From IMG/VR virus record IMGVR_UViG_2740892212_000011: 8,797 nucleotides of DNA. The stretch is one strand, 5' to 3'. Within the stretch, counting starts at the first letter, position 1, and each line of letters starts with the position of its first letter. Position numbers and translations under genes: made by a program. The notes under the pieces were generated by a model. It saw only the letters and a program-made list of their open reading frames with translations, made no database searches and had not been told where the DNA came from. Below, piece by piece: positions 1-6,778 of this stretch. This DNA comes from a virus. Taxonomy: Duplodnaviria; Heunggongvirae; Uroviricota; Caudoviricetes.

Positions 1-65
1 TGCATGACAAAGTCATCGGGCATTATCTGAACATAAAACACTATCAATAAGTTGGAGTCATTACC
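1..65 (+). mobile_element. IS1 right end: 3' end of insB (frame 3 reads ...HDKVIGHYLNIKHYQ*, stop 48-50) plus terminal inverted repeat ending ...GTTGGAGTCATTACC at 65; element body lies left of the window
   Basis: Sequence matches the IS1 terminus as I recall it; the same 65 bp recur reverse-complemented at 8726-8790. No search run. Confidence 0.88.
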
Positions 66-685
66 TGAACGTTCATTACGGCCCACAGAACAAATGGAAT
101 GAAGATGCCAAAAAAAATGCAGATATCTTGTTTGGCGCATCAGAACAATCTGCTCTGGCTATCATTCGGGACCATAAAGACAGCTTCAGTGAAAAAGATA
201 TTCAGCCTCTTTATCTGCGAAAAAGTATTTTACTGGTAAAGAAAGGTAATCCTAAAAATATCCGGAGTATTGACGACCTGACCAGACCCGGGATTGGCGT
301 AATTGTTAATGATGGTGGTGGTACCAGTAATACATCAGGCACTGGCGTCTGGGAAGATATTGCCGGACGTAAAGGGAATATAGAAACTGTCGCCGCAATC
401 CGAAAAAATATTATTTTATATGCGCCCAATAGCGGAACTGCACGTAAGGCTCTTGAGAATCAGCCTGAAGCAGATGTCTGGATAACCTGGGCTGACTGGG
501 CAGCCAGTAATCCAGAAATTGGTGATGTCGTGGAAATAGCGCCAGACTACGTGATATGGCGTGATATGAACATTACAGTACGTCAGGATGCAAATGATGA
601 AACCCGTCGATTTGCAGAATGGCTACAAACCGATGAAGCGGCGCCTGCATTCAAAAAATATGGCTGGACCAGGAAAGGCACTTGA
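66..685 (+). pseudogene. C-terminal ~206 codons of a periplasmic solute-binding protein (PBP2-type ABC-transporter substrate-binding fold), N-terminus removed by the IS1 insertion
   Basis: Reading frame is open from the IS1 junction to TGA 683-685 with no signal peptide or plausible start. Family call is from general sequence character only and is tentative. Confidence 0.55.
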
Positions 686-690
686 CATCC

Positions 691-720
691 TCCACGTCCT
701 TCAGAACGTGGATTCTTTTT
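691..720 (+). terminator. Rho-independent terminator of the substrate-binding protein gene
   Basis: Stem CCACGT (692-697) / ACGTGG (706-711), 8-nt loop, then ATTCTTTTT (712-720), starting 6 nt after the stop codon. Confidence 0.6.
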
Positions 721-806
721 CCGGATGCCGCGCCAGCGGCATGTAGGGGCAGCTCACAAAACGGAAAAAATTGTACGCTAAGCCTCGCCAGGTGAACTGA
801 ATTCAT

Positions 807-832
807 TCCGATATGGGAATTCCCATATCGGA
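807..832. repeat. Perfect 26-bp palindrome TCCGATATGGGAATTCCCATATCGGA
   Basis: Reverse complement is identical to the sequence itself; no T-run on either side, so not a terminator. Confidence 0.8.
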
Positions 833-1023
833 CGAAAACGGCTTGCTGTAACGGCAGAGTTAAGTAGAATTGCTGCGGGTGCTTGAGGCTATCTGCCTTG
901 GGCATGAACACCAACGGCAGATAGATAAAAGCCCCACCCGACTATAAATCGAAGTGAGGCCCCTATATGCTCGTCACATATAGATTGCCTCTTACGGACC
1001 GAAAGGTCAAGGAGAAGCAGGCT

Positions 1024-1179
1024 ATGAAGCAGCAAAAGGCGATGTTAATCGCCCTGATCGTCATCTGTTTAACCGTCATAGTGACGGCACTGGTAACGAG
1101 GAAAGACCTCTGCGAGGTACGAATCCGAACCGGCCAGACGGAGGTCGCTGTCTTCACAGCTTACGAACCTGAGGAGTAA
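1024..1179 (+). CDS. hokD: Hok/Gef-family type I toxin (51 aa, single transmembrane helix)
   Basis: Translation MKQQKAMLIALIVICLTVIVTALVTRKDLCEVRIRTGQTEVAVFTAYEPEE matches HokD/RelF as recalled (HokC is very similar, so the symbol is not certain). SD AAGGAG 10 nt upstream; the downstream Rem-like/YdfU-like/Q gene order resembles Qin prophage. Confidence 0.8.
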   Translation: MKQQKAMLIALIVICLTVIVTALVTRKDLCEVRIRTGQTEVAVFTAYEPEE

Positions 1180-1247
1180 GAGACCAGGCGGGGGAGAAAT
1201 CCCTCGCCACCTCTGATGTGTCAGGCATCCTCAACGCACCCGCACTT

Positions 1248-1279
1248 AACCCGCTTCGGCGGGTTTTTGTTTTTATTTT
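1248..1279 (+). terminator. Rho-independent terminator at the 3' end of the hok transcript
   Basis: 7-bp stem AACCCGC / GCGGGTT with UUCG tetraloop, followed by TTTTTGTTTTTATTTT. Confidence 0.8.
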
Positions 1280-1287
1280 CAACGCGT

Positions 1288-1317
1288 TTGAAGTTCCGGA
1301 CGGCGCCGGAATAGAAT
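1288..1317 (+). promoter_or_regulatory. Candidate sigma70 promoter with an inverted repeat in the spacer
   Basis: TTGAAG (1288-1293), 18-bp spacer, TAGAAT (1312-1317); spacer contains TTCCGG (1294-1299) ... CCGGAA (1306-1311). Motif reading only. Confidence 0.3.
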
Positions 1318-1399
1318 CAAAAATACTTAAGTAGCGCGCAGGGAGAAGAGGGATGGACCCCGAACAGGGGAGTGCTATTTATCTGGAAGGATTCTGTTG

Positions 1400-1660
1400 A
1401 TGAAAATCGAAGAATTACGTGAAATTTTTAGTGAAGATGGCCTCTATACTGTGCGCGTTGAGAATGGCGCTATTGTCAGCCACTGCCGTATTAAATGTTT
1501 ACAGTCTCAACAAAGGAAGAGTGGAGCTGCGTTAATTCATTTTGTGGATGGGCTTGTGACGGGTGGTTTTATTCTGCGTGAAAATGAATTTGTCACATCA
1601 TTGCCGTCTCTGAAAGAAGCTGAGCTTAAGGCTGGTTTTTCTGCTTTTGAAGATGAGTGA
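1400..1660 (+). CDS. Small prophage protein (86 aa), possibly the Rem equivalent of Qin prophage
   Basis: ATG 1400 preceded by GGAAGGA; position between hok and the YdfU-like gene matches Qin order hokD-rem-ydfU. Identity by synteny and size only. Confidence 0.55.
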   Translation: MKIEELREIFSEDGLYTVRVENGAIVSHCRIKCLQSQQRKSGAALIHFVDGLVTGGFILRENEFVTSLPSLKEAELKAGFSAFEDE

Positions 1661-1726
1661 ATTCATCTACAATTTAGCGCAGGGCTGAACCCCTGTTGAG
1701 TAACACTGTGCCACCGGAGAAAGCCG

Positions 1727-2005
1727 ATGGCGCACGATACCAAATTACACAATTCTGATGATTCTGCCGTCTTTGCCAGCTGGCACGGGCGGCGCTCCCG
1801 CACTTTCAAATCTGACTGGTTCCAGCATGACCCATGCACTGAAGAACAGGCCGAATGGCTGATTCAGAACTACCGCAGACGTGGTTACGAGTTTCAGAAA
1901 GACCTCAGCCTTGACTCCCGACACTGGATAATCTCCGTCAGGCTTCCTTACTCCGAACGCCCACCGCGTTCATCCCGCACATACCAGCAACGGATCTGGA
2001 GGTAA
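1727..2005 (+). CDS. Hypothetical prophage protein (92 aa)
   Basis: ATG 1727 with SD GGAGA 6 nt upstream; stop TAA 2003-2005 lies 1 nt before the next gene's GTG start. Confidence 0.5.
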   Translation: MAHDTKLHNSDDSAVFASWHGRRSRTFKSDWFQHDPCTEEQAEWLIQNYRRRGYEFQKDLSLDSRHWIISVRLPYSERPPRSSRTYQQRIWR

Positions 2006-2006
2006 C

Positions 2007-3053
2007 GTGCGGGTATTACTTAGACCTGTTCTGGTGCCAGAACTCGGGCTGGTGGTCCTTAAGCCAGGCCGTGAATCCATGCAGGTATTTCATAACCTTC
2101 GAGTGCTGGTGGAGCCTGAACCGAAAAGGATGCGTAATCTGCCGTCCGGGGTCGTTCCTGCCGTTCTCCAGCCGCTGGCGGAGGATAAATCATTACTGCC
2201 ATTTTTCAGCAATGAGCGTGTGATTCGTGCTGCTGGCGGCGCTGGTGCACTGTCTGACTGGCTGTTGCGTCATGTCAAATCCTGCCAGTGGCCTCATGGT
2301 GACTATCATCACAGTGAAATCGTCATACATCGTTATGGTACCGGCGCGATGGTGTTGTGCTGGCACTGCGACAACCAGTTGCGTGACCAGACCTCCGAAT
2401 CACTCGAGCAACTTGCTCACCAAAACTTGTCAGCATGGGTGATTGACGTCATACGCCATGCAATGAATGGCACGCAGGAGCGGGAATTATCGCTGGCTGA
2501 ATTATCCTGGTGGGCGGTCTGCAATCAAGTGGCGGACGCGCTTCCAGAGGCAGTATTACGTCGTTCTCTGGGGTTACGTGCGGAAAAAATCCGCTCGGTG
2601 TACCGCGAAAGCGACATCGTACCGGGAGAGCAGACCGCCACCAGCATACTGAAACAGCGCACAAAAAATCTTGCGCCGCTGCCTCACGCCCACCAGCAAA
2701 ACCCGCCACAGGAAAAGACGGTGGTCAGCATTGCCGTTGATCCGGAGTCACCGGAATCTTTCATGAAACGACCTAAACGTCGCCGCTGGGTTAACGAGAA
2801 ATACACGCGCTGGGTAAAGACACAGCCGTGTGCGTGTTGTGGTAAGCCAGCCGACGATCCCCATCACCTGATTGGTCATGGTCAGGGCGGAATGGGAACA
2901 AAATCCCACGATATTTTCACGCTACCGTTGTGCCGGGAACATCACAATGAACTTCATGCGGATCTGCTGGCGTTCGAAGAAAAGCATGGTTCCCAGGTTG
3001 ATTTAATTTTTCGTTTTCTTGATCACGCCTTTGCAACCGGCGTGCTCGGGTAA
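2007..3053 (+). CDS. DUF968-family prophage protein (YdfU-like, 348 aa) with C-terminal Cys/His motif
   Basis: GTG 2007 preceded by GGAGG; C-terminus has CACCG...HHLIGHGQGG...CREHHNELH. Start codon uncertain (first internal ATG at 2079). Confidence 0.65.
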   Translation: MRVLLRPVLVPELGLVVLKPGRESMQVFHNLRVLVEPEPKRMRNLPSGVVPAVLQPLAEDKSLLPFFSNERVIRAAGGAGALSDWLLRHVKSCQWPHGDYHHSEIVIHRYGTGAMVLCWHCDNQLRDQTSESLEQLAHQNLSAWVIDVIRHAMNGTQERELSLAELSWWAVCNQVADALPEAVLRRSLGLRAEKIRSVYRESDIVPGEQTATSILKQRTKNLAPLPHAHQQNPPQEKTVVSIAVDPESPESFMKRPKRRRWVNEKYTRWVKTQPCACCGKPADDPHHLIGHGQGGMGTKSHDIFTLPLCREHHNELHADLLAFEEKHGSQVDLIFRFLDHAFATGVLG

Positions 3054-3065
3054 AAGAGGTTACTG

Positions 3066-3440
3066 ATGCGTATAGAGTTTGTTTTGCCTTACCCGCCGAC
3101 GGTGAACACCTACTGGCGACGTCGTGGCAGCACATATTTTGTATCAAAATCCGGTGAGCGTTATCGCCGTGATGTGGCGCTCATTGTTCGCCAGAAGCGG
3201 TTGAAATTAAACCTGTCCGGAAGGCTGGCGATAAAGATTATTGCAGAGCCACCGGATAAGCGCCGTCGTGACCTGGACAATATCCTGAAAGCACCACTGG
3301 ATGCGCTGACGCATGCCGGACTACTCATAGACGACGAGCAGTTTGATGAAATTAATATTGTGCGCGGTCTGCCTGTTCCTGGTGGTCGGTTGGGCGTGAA
3401 AATTTACGAAATAATGCATGACGGGCAGGTCAAAAAATGA
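3066..3440 (+). CDS. rusA: RusA Holliday-junction resolvase (124 aa)
   Basis: Translation MRIEFVLPYPPTVNTYWRRRG...RRDLDNILKAPLDALTHAGLLIDDEQF is characteristic of RusA; SD AAGAGG 6 nt upstream; stop overlaps the Q start (ATGA). Confidence 0.9.
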   Translation: MRIEFVLPYPPTVNTYWRRRGSTYFVSKSGERYRRDVALIVRQKRLKLNLSGRLAIKIIAEPPDKRRRDLDNILKAPLDALTHAGLLIDDEQFDEINIVRGLPVPGGRLGVKIYEIMHDGQVKK

Positions 3441-4258
3441 AACTGGAAGATTTACCGAAATACTATTCCCCGAAATCGCCAGGCCTGACTGATGCATCCG
3501 CCTCGACATCAAAAGATGCACTGAGTATCACTGATGTGATGGCTGCACAGGGCATGACACAGAACCGGGCTGAGATGGGATTTTCTGCGTTCCTGGGGAA
3601 AATGGGCATTAGTATGAACGACAGGGTGCGGGCAACAGAATTACTGGCAGATTATGCATTAAGTCAGTGCGATCGCGTGGCGGCGTTAAGAAAACTTCCG
3701 GCAGAAATAAAACCGGCAGTGATGCGCATTATGGCTTCGTATGCTTTTGAGGATTATGCCCGCAGTGCAGCGAGTAAAAAGCAGTGTTCTTGTTGCCGTG
3801 GGGAAAAATTTATTGAAAGCGAAGTTTTTACAAACAAGGTTCAGTATCCGGATGGTAAGCCGCCAGTATGGGCAAAGTGCACAAAAGGCGTGTATCCGTC
3901 TTATTGGGAAGAATGGAAAAAAATCCGGGAGGTGGTGAAAGTTTCCTGTCCAGAATGTAAAGGGAAGGGAGAGATCTCCACTGCCTGTAAAGACTGCCGT
4001 GGGCGTGGTGTTGCCATTCATCGTGAAGAGTCAGAAAAACGGGGTATGCCTGTTATCAGGGACTGCCGGTGTTGTGGCGGTCGTGGCTATGAAAGACTGC
4101 CATCAACGGAGGCATTTAATGCCATATGCAAAGTGACGAGTGCTATCACGCTTGATACATGGAAAAAATCAGTGAAACGCTTTTACGATACGTTGGTGGT
4201 TCGGTTTGACATTGAAGAGGCATGGGCGGAGCGGCAGTTAAAGAGGGTAACGCGATAG
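3437..4258 (+). CDS. Late-gene antiterminator Q (Qin/QuuQ-type, 273 aa) with Cys-rich CxxCxGxG zinc-finger-like repeats
   Basis: Sits directly upstream of a promoter plus intrinsic terminator, as Q does in lambdoid phages; four CxxC motifs (CSCC, CPECKGKG, CKDCRGRG, CRCCGGRG). Family assignment from recalled resemblance. Confidence 0.7.
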   Translation: MKLEDLPKYYSPKSPGLTDASASTSKDALSITDVMAAQGMTQNRAEMGFSAFLGKMGISMNDRVRATELLADYALSQCDRVAALRKLPAEIKPAVMRIMASYAFEDYARSAASKKQCSCCRGEKFIESEVFTNKVQYPDGKPPVWAKCTKGVYPSYWEEWKKIREVVKVSCPECKGKGEISTACKDCRGRGVAIHREESEKRGMPVIRDCRCCGGRGYERLPSTEAFNAICKVTSAITLDTWKKSVKRFYDTLVVRFDIEEAWAERQLKRVTR

Positions 4259-4263
4259 TGTTG

Positions 4264-4291
4264 TTGATTTTTCCCGAATCTGTGGTAAATT
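4264..4291 (+). promoter_or_regulatory. Candidate late promoter pR' (Q engagement site expected to overlap)
   Basis: TTGATT (4264-4269), 16-bp spacer, extended -10 TGgTAAATT (4283-4291), 5 nt after the Q stop and ~50 nt upstream of a strong terminator. Confidence 0.45.
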
Positions 4292-4338
4292 CACCCTGAT
4301 GATGGGCGTTTTATGCCTGACGTTAGAAGAATTTTTAC

Positions 4339-4365
4339 AACCCGCCACCGAGCGGGTTTTTTATT
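4339..4365 (+). terminator. tR'-like rho-independent terminator downstream of Q
   Basis: 7-bp stem AACCCGC (4339-4345) / GCGGGTT (4352-4358), 6-nt loop, T-run to 4362. Confidence 0.75.
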
Positions 4366-4485
4366 GCCTGAAAAACGGCACAGGACGTTAAACGCGCTGG
4401 TGGTTGCGAATACCGGTCTTTCAACTTGCTGGCTTTTTCGACAAGAGTTATTGGTATGTCACGTTAACCAAAAGGGAAAAAAGAC

Positions 4486-4683
4486 ATGCTAAAACAGCAG
4501 GATATGACAGAAACCGCCAGAGTGGTGTTTAATGAATTAAGCGTTACCGACCCGGCGACAGTCGGGGAGATTGCGCAGAATACTTACCTTTCACGCGAAC
4601 GCTGCCAGTTAATACTGACCCAGCTTGTTATGGCGGGTCTGGCAGATTATCAGTTCGGTTGTTACAGACGCCTTCAGCCCTGA
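4486..4683 (+). CDS. Small hypothetical protein (65 aa), possibly winged-helix-like
   Basis: ATG 4486 with SD AAGGGA; its own terminator overlaps the stop codon. Fold guess from sequence character only. Confidence 0.5.
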   Translation: MLKQQDMTETARVVFNELSVTDPATVGEIAQNTYLSRERCQLILTQLVMAGLADYQFGCYRRLQP

Positions 4684-4697
4684 AGGCTTTTTTATTT
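4670..4697 (+). terminator. Rho-independent terminator after the 65-aa gene
   Basis: Stem GCCTTCA (4670-4676) / TGAAGGC (4681-4687), loop GCCC, then TTTTTTATTT. Confidence 0.65.
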
Positions 4698-4833
4698 GTG
4701 GTAATGGGCGGCTGGTGGGTGTTAGCGGCACCTGCCAGCCATCTGCTCATGCGTTGGGGTCACAAGCAAACCTCAGGCCCATCTGCTTTGCGCAAAAGCA
4801 GAATGAGCCTATCAGAGAAGTGCTTATTGATCT

Positions 4834-5892
4834 ATGACTAACACTGTAAAAATATCCAGCTGTGAGTTAATCAACGCTGATTGCCTGAAATTTATCCAGA
4901 CCTTACCGGAAAACTCTGTCGATCTGATAGTCACAGACCCGCCATACTTTAAAGTGAAACCCGAAGGCTGGGATAACCAGTGGAAGGGGGACGCTGATTA
5001 CCTGAAATGGCTGGACCAGTGCCTTGCGCAGTTCTGGCGGGTATTAAAACCTGCCGGAAGTCTTTACCTGTTCTGTGGTCATCGTCTGGCATCTGATACC
5101 GAAATCATGATGCGTGAACGCTTTAATGTGCTGAACCACATTATCTGGGCGAAGCCGTCCGGACGCTGGAACGGATGCAACAAGGAAAGCCTGCGGGCGT
5201 ATTTCCCGGCAACAGAACGCATTCTGTTTGCAGAACATTATCAGGGGCCATACCAGCCCAAAAATGACGGCTATGCGGCAAAGGGGCGCGAGCTAAAACA
5301 GCACGTCATGGCCCCGCTGATTTCTTACTTTCGTGATGCGCGTGAATCACTGGGAATAACGTCAAAACAGATAGCGGAAGCCACCGGAAAGAAAAACATG
5401 GTTTCGCACTGGTTTGGTATCAGTCAGTGGCAGTTGCCGAACGAAGGCGATTATCTGAAATTACAGGCGTTGTTTGCGCGTGTTGCAGCAGAAAAACATC
5501 AACGCTGTGAACTGGAAAAGCCACACCACCAGCTGGTCAGCACATACAGTGAACTGAACCGGCAGTATACGGAACTGCAGAGTGAATATAAGCATCTGCG
5601 GCGGTATTTCGGTGTGACGGTGCAGGTGCCGTACACCGATGTGTGGACGCATAAACCGATGCATTACTATCCCGGGAAACATCCGTGCGAAAAACCGGCA
5701 GAAATGTTGCAGCAGATAATCAGCGCAAGCAGTCGTCCGGGAGACCTGGTTGCAGATTTCTTCATGGGGTCGGGTTCGACAGTCAAAGCAGCGATGGCGC
5801 TGGGACGTCGTGCAACTGGTGTTGAACTGGAGACTGAACGTTTTGAGCAGACGGTTCGGGAAGTACAGGATTTAGTCAGCCAGAACGGATGA
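4834..5892 (+). CDS. Beta-class DNA methyltransferase (N6-adenine or N4-cytosine), no adjacent restriction enzyme
   Basis: DPPY motif near the N-terminus (LIVTDPPYF) and AdoMet-binding motif near the C-terminus (DFFMGSGST); this motif order is the beta-class arrangement. No nuclease ORF nearby. Confidence 0.85.
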   Translation: MTNTVKISSCELINADCLKFIQTLPENSVDLIVTDPPYFKVKPEGWDNQWKGDADYLKWLDQCLAQFWRVLKPAGSLYLFCGHRLASDTEIMMRERFNVLNHIIWAKPSGRWNGCNKESLRAYFPATERILFAEHYQGPYQPKNDGYAAKGRELKQHVMAPLISYFRDARESLGITSKQIAEATGKKNMVSHWFGISQWQLPNEGDYLKLQALFARVAAEKHQRCELEKPHHQLVSTYSELNRQYTELQSEYKHLRRYFGVTVQVPYTDVWTHKPMHYYPGKHPCEKPAEMLQQIISASSRPGDLVADFFMGSGSTVKAAMALGRRATGVELETERFEQTVREVQDLVSQNG

Positions 5893-5932
5893 TATTGAAG
5901 AATTAATTATGCACCGTTATTATTCTGCTCCC

Positions 5933-6008
5933 GGCCCTTTAGCTCAGTGGTGAGAGCGAGCGACTCATAATCGCCAGGTCGCTGGTTCAAATCCAGCAAG
6001 GGCCACCA
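5933..6008 (+). tRNA. ileZ: tRNA-Ile2 type (anticodon CAU, 5966-5968); Met cannot be excluded from the anticodon alone
   Basis: Manual cloverleaf: acceptor GGCCCTT/AAGGGCC, D-arm GCTC...GAGC, T-arm GCTGG-TTCAAAT-CCAGC, encoded CCA; close to E. coli ileX as recalled. One A:C mismatch in the anticodon stem. Confidence 0.8.
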
Positions 6009-6009
6009 A

Positions 6010-6086
6010 CCGCCATTAGCTCATCGGGATAGAACGCCAGCCTTCGAAGCTGGTTTCGCGGGGTTCGAGTCTCCGATGGCGGTCCA
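6010..6086 (+). tRNA. tRNA-Arg (anticodon UCG, 6044-6046)
   Basis: Manual cloverleaf: acceptor CCGCCAT/ATGGCGG, anticodon stem CCAGC/GCTGG, T-arm CGGGG-TTCGAGT-CTCCG, encoded CCA 6084-6086. Starts with C and has one D-stem mismatch, so the exact 5' end is uncertain. Confidence 0.65.
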
Positions 6087-6099
6087 TTATCGGTATTCT

Positions 6100-6176
6100 G
6101 CGTTGTTAGCTCAGCCGGACAGAGCAATTGCCTTCTAAGCAATCGGTCACTGGTTCGAACCCAGTACAACGCACCA
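6100..6176 (+). tRNA. tRNA-Arg (anticodon UCU, 6134-6136)
   Basis: Manual cloverleaf: acceptor GCGTTGT/ACAACGC, D-arm GCTC...GAGC, anticodon stem ATTGC/GCAAT, T-arm ACTGG-TTCGAAC-CCAGT, encoded CCA. Confidence 0.8.
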
Positions 6177-6316
6177 CACTTATTTTCCCTCGCTCGCTTT
6201 TGCGGACCTTTTTTGTATCCGCACCACGCCCGGCGCATACCAACCACAGAGCCTTTCGGGGGGAGCTTATGGAGTGGTCAGTGTGACTTTCTCTGTGGGC
6301 AGATCGCTCCCGGGCG

Positions 6317-6778
6317 TTGGCTCACCCACCCAAAGGAACGTCACGATGTTTGGTATTTTTGGTAAAAAAAGCCCGCAGAGCGGCAACGGAAATTAAAAAG
6401 TTTGAAAAACGCGATCTGGCACAGGCGGTGATTAACGCCGCATACCTGGTGGCCTGTGCAGATGGTGAATGTGAGGCTTCCGAGAAAGCGAAGATCGAAC
6501 AGGTACTGCGTAATCAGCCAGCGCTGTCCGCGTTTACGTCAGAAATTAATGCGATGAGCGCAACCATTATCGGTCAGCTGGATACGAACTTTAAAATTGG
6601 TCGTCGTGCGGCGTTACGTGAGATCGAGGATGTGAAACACGATACGCGTGAAGCGGAAGATGTGCTGGATGTGGCGGTGGCCATTGCGGAGGCAGACGGC
6701 GAAATTGAGCCGGAAGAGCGCAAGGTGCTGGAAGAGATTGCCGGTGTTCTGGGTCTTCGTCTGGAGAATCACCTGTGA
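6317..6778 (+). CDS. TerB-family protein (two ADG-containing helical repeats); 5' end ambiguous because the SD-preceded ATG at 6346 is in a different frame, separated by an A7 tract (6364-6370)
   Basis: Repeats ...AAYLVACADGECEASEKAKIEQVL... and ...VAVAIAEADGEIEPEERKVLEEIAG... are typical of TerB domains. The long frame has only a TTG start with no SD; ATG 6346 has SD AAGGA 8 nt upstream but stops after 16 codons. Confidence 0.6.
   Translation: MAHPPKGTSRCLVFLVKKARRAATEIKKFEKRDLAQAVINAAYLVACADGECEASEKAKIEQVLRNQPALSAFTSEINAMSATIIGQLDTNFKIGRRAALREIEDVKHDTREAEDVLDVAVAIAEADGEIEPEERKVLEEIAGVLGLRLENHL

Noticed and set aside
66-72. TGAACGT occurring next to the left IS1 junction (66-72) and near the right one (8712-8718), as a possible target-site duplication
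   Set aside because: The right copy is 7 bp away from the junction, and duplications form at the two ends of one IS copy rather than at the inner ends of two different copies; a 7-mer coincidence is likely.
211-429. Minus-strand ORFs lying inside plus-strand genes (211-429, 651-914, 963-1157, 2449-2709, 2917-3147, 3321-3521, 3686-4021, 5044-5238, 5461-5682, 8500-8739)
   Set aside because: Each is antisense to a better-supported gene with recognisable motifs and ribosome-binding sites; none has its own SD or recognisable content.
967-1179. 70-aa in-frame extension of hok starting at ATG 967
   Set aside because: Hok-family toxins are about 50 aa and ATG 1024 has a good SD; the upstream part overlaps a hairpin and is probably leader RNA. 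It is not the usual out-of-frame Mok arrangement.
2227-2740. Alternative-frame plus-strand ORFs inside the DUF968 gene (2227-2442, 2467-2652, 2510-2740) and inside Q (3741-3938)
   Set aside because: They are embedded in longer coherent ORFs and give low-complexity Arg/Ser/Cys-rich translations typical of off-frame reads through GC-rich coding DNA.
4625-4841. Two overlapping 60-70-aa ORFs upstream of the methyltransferase
   Set aside because: They begin inside the 65-aa gene, read across its intrinsic terminator and lack an SD; most likely chance ORFs in the intergenic region.
6177-6230. Hairpin TGCGGA...TCCGCA after the third tRNA as a terminator
   Set aside because: The stem is short with an 11-nt loop and the T-run is inside the loop rather than after the stem; it is not a convincing intrinsic terminator.
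5987-6247. Minus-strand 86-aa ORF across the tRNA cluster
   Set aside because: It overlaps three well-folding tRNA genes on the opposite strand.
6177-6316. Possible stxA/stxB genes downstream of the tRNA cluster
   Set aside because: No ORF of the expected sizes (about 315 aa and 89 aa with signal peptides) exists here; the slot is occupied by the TerB-like gene.
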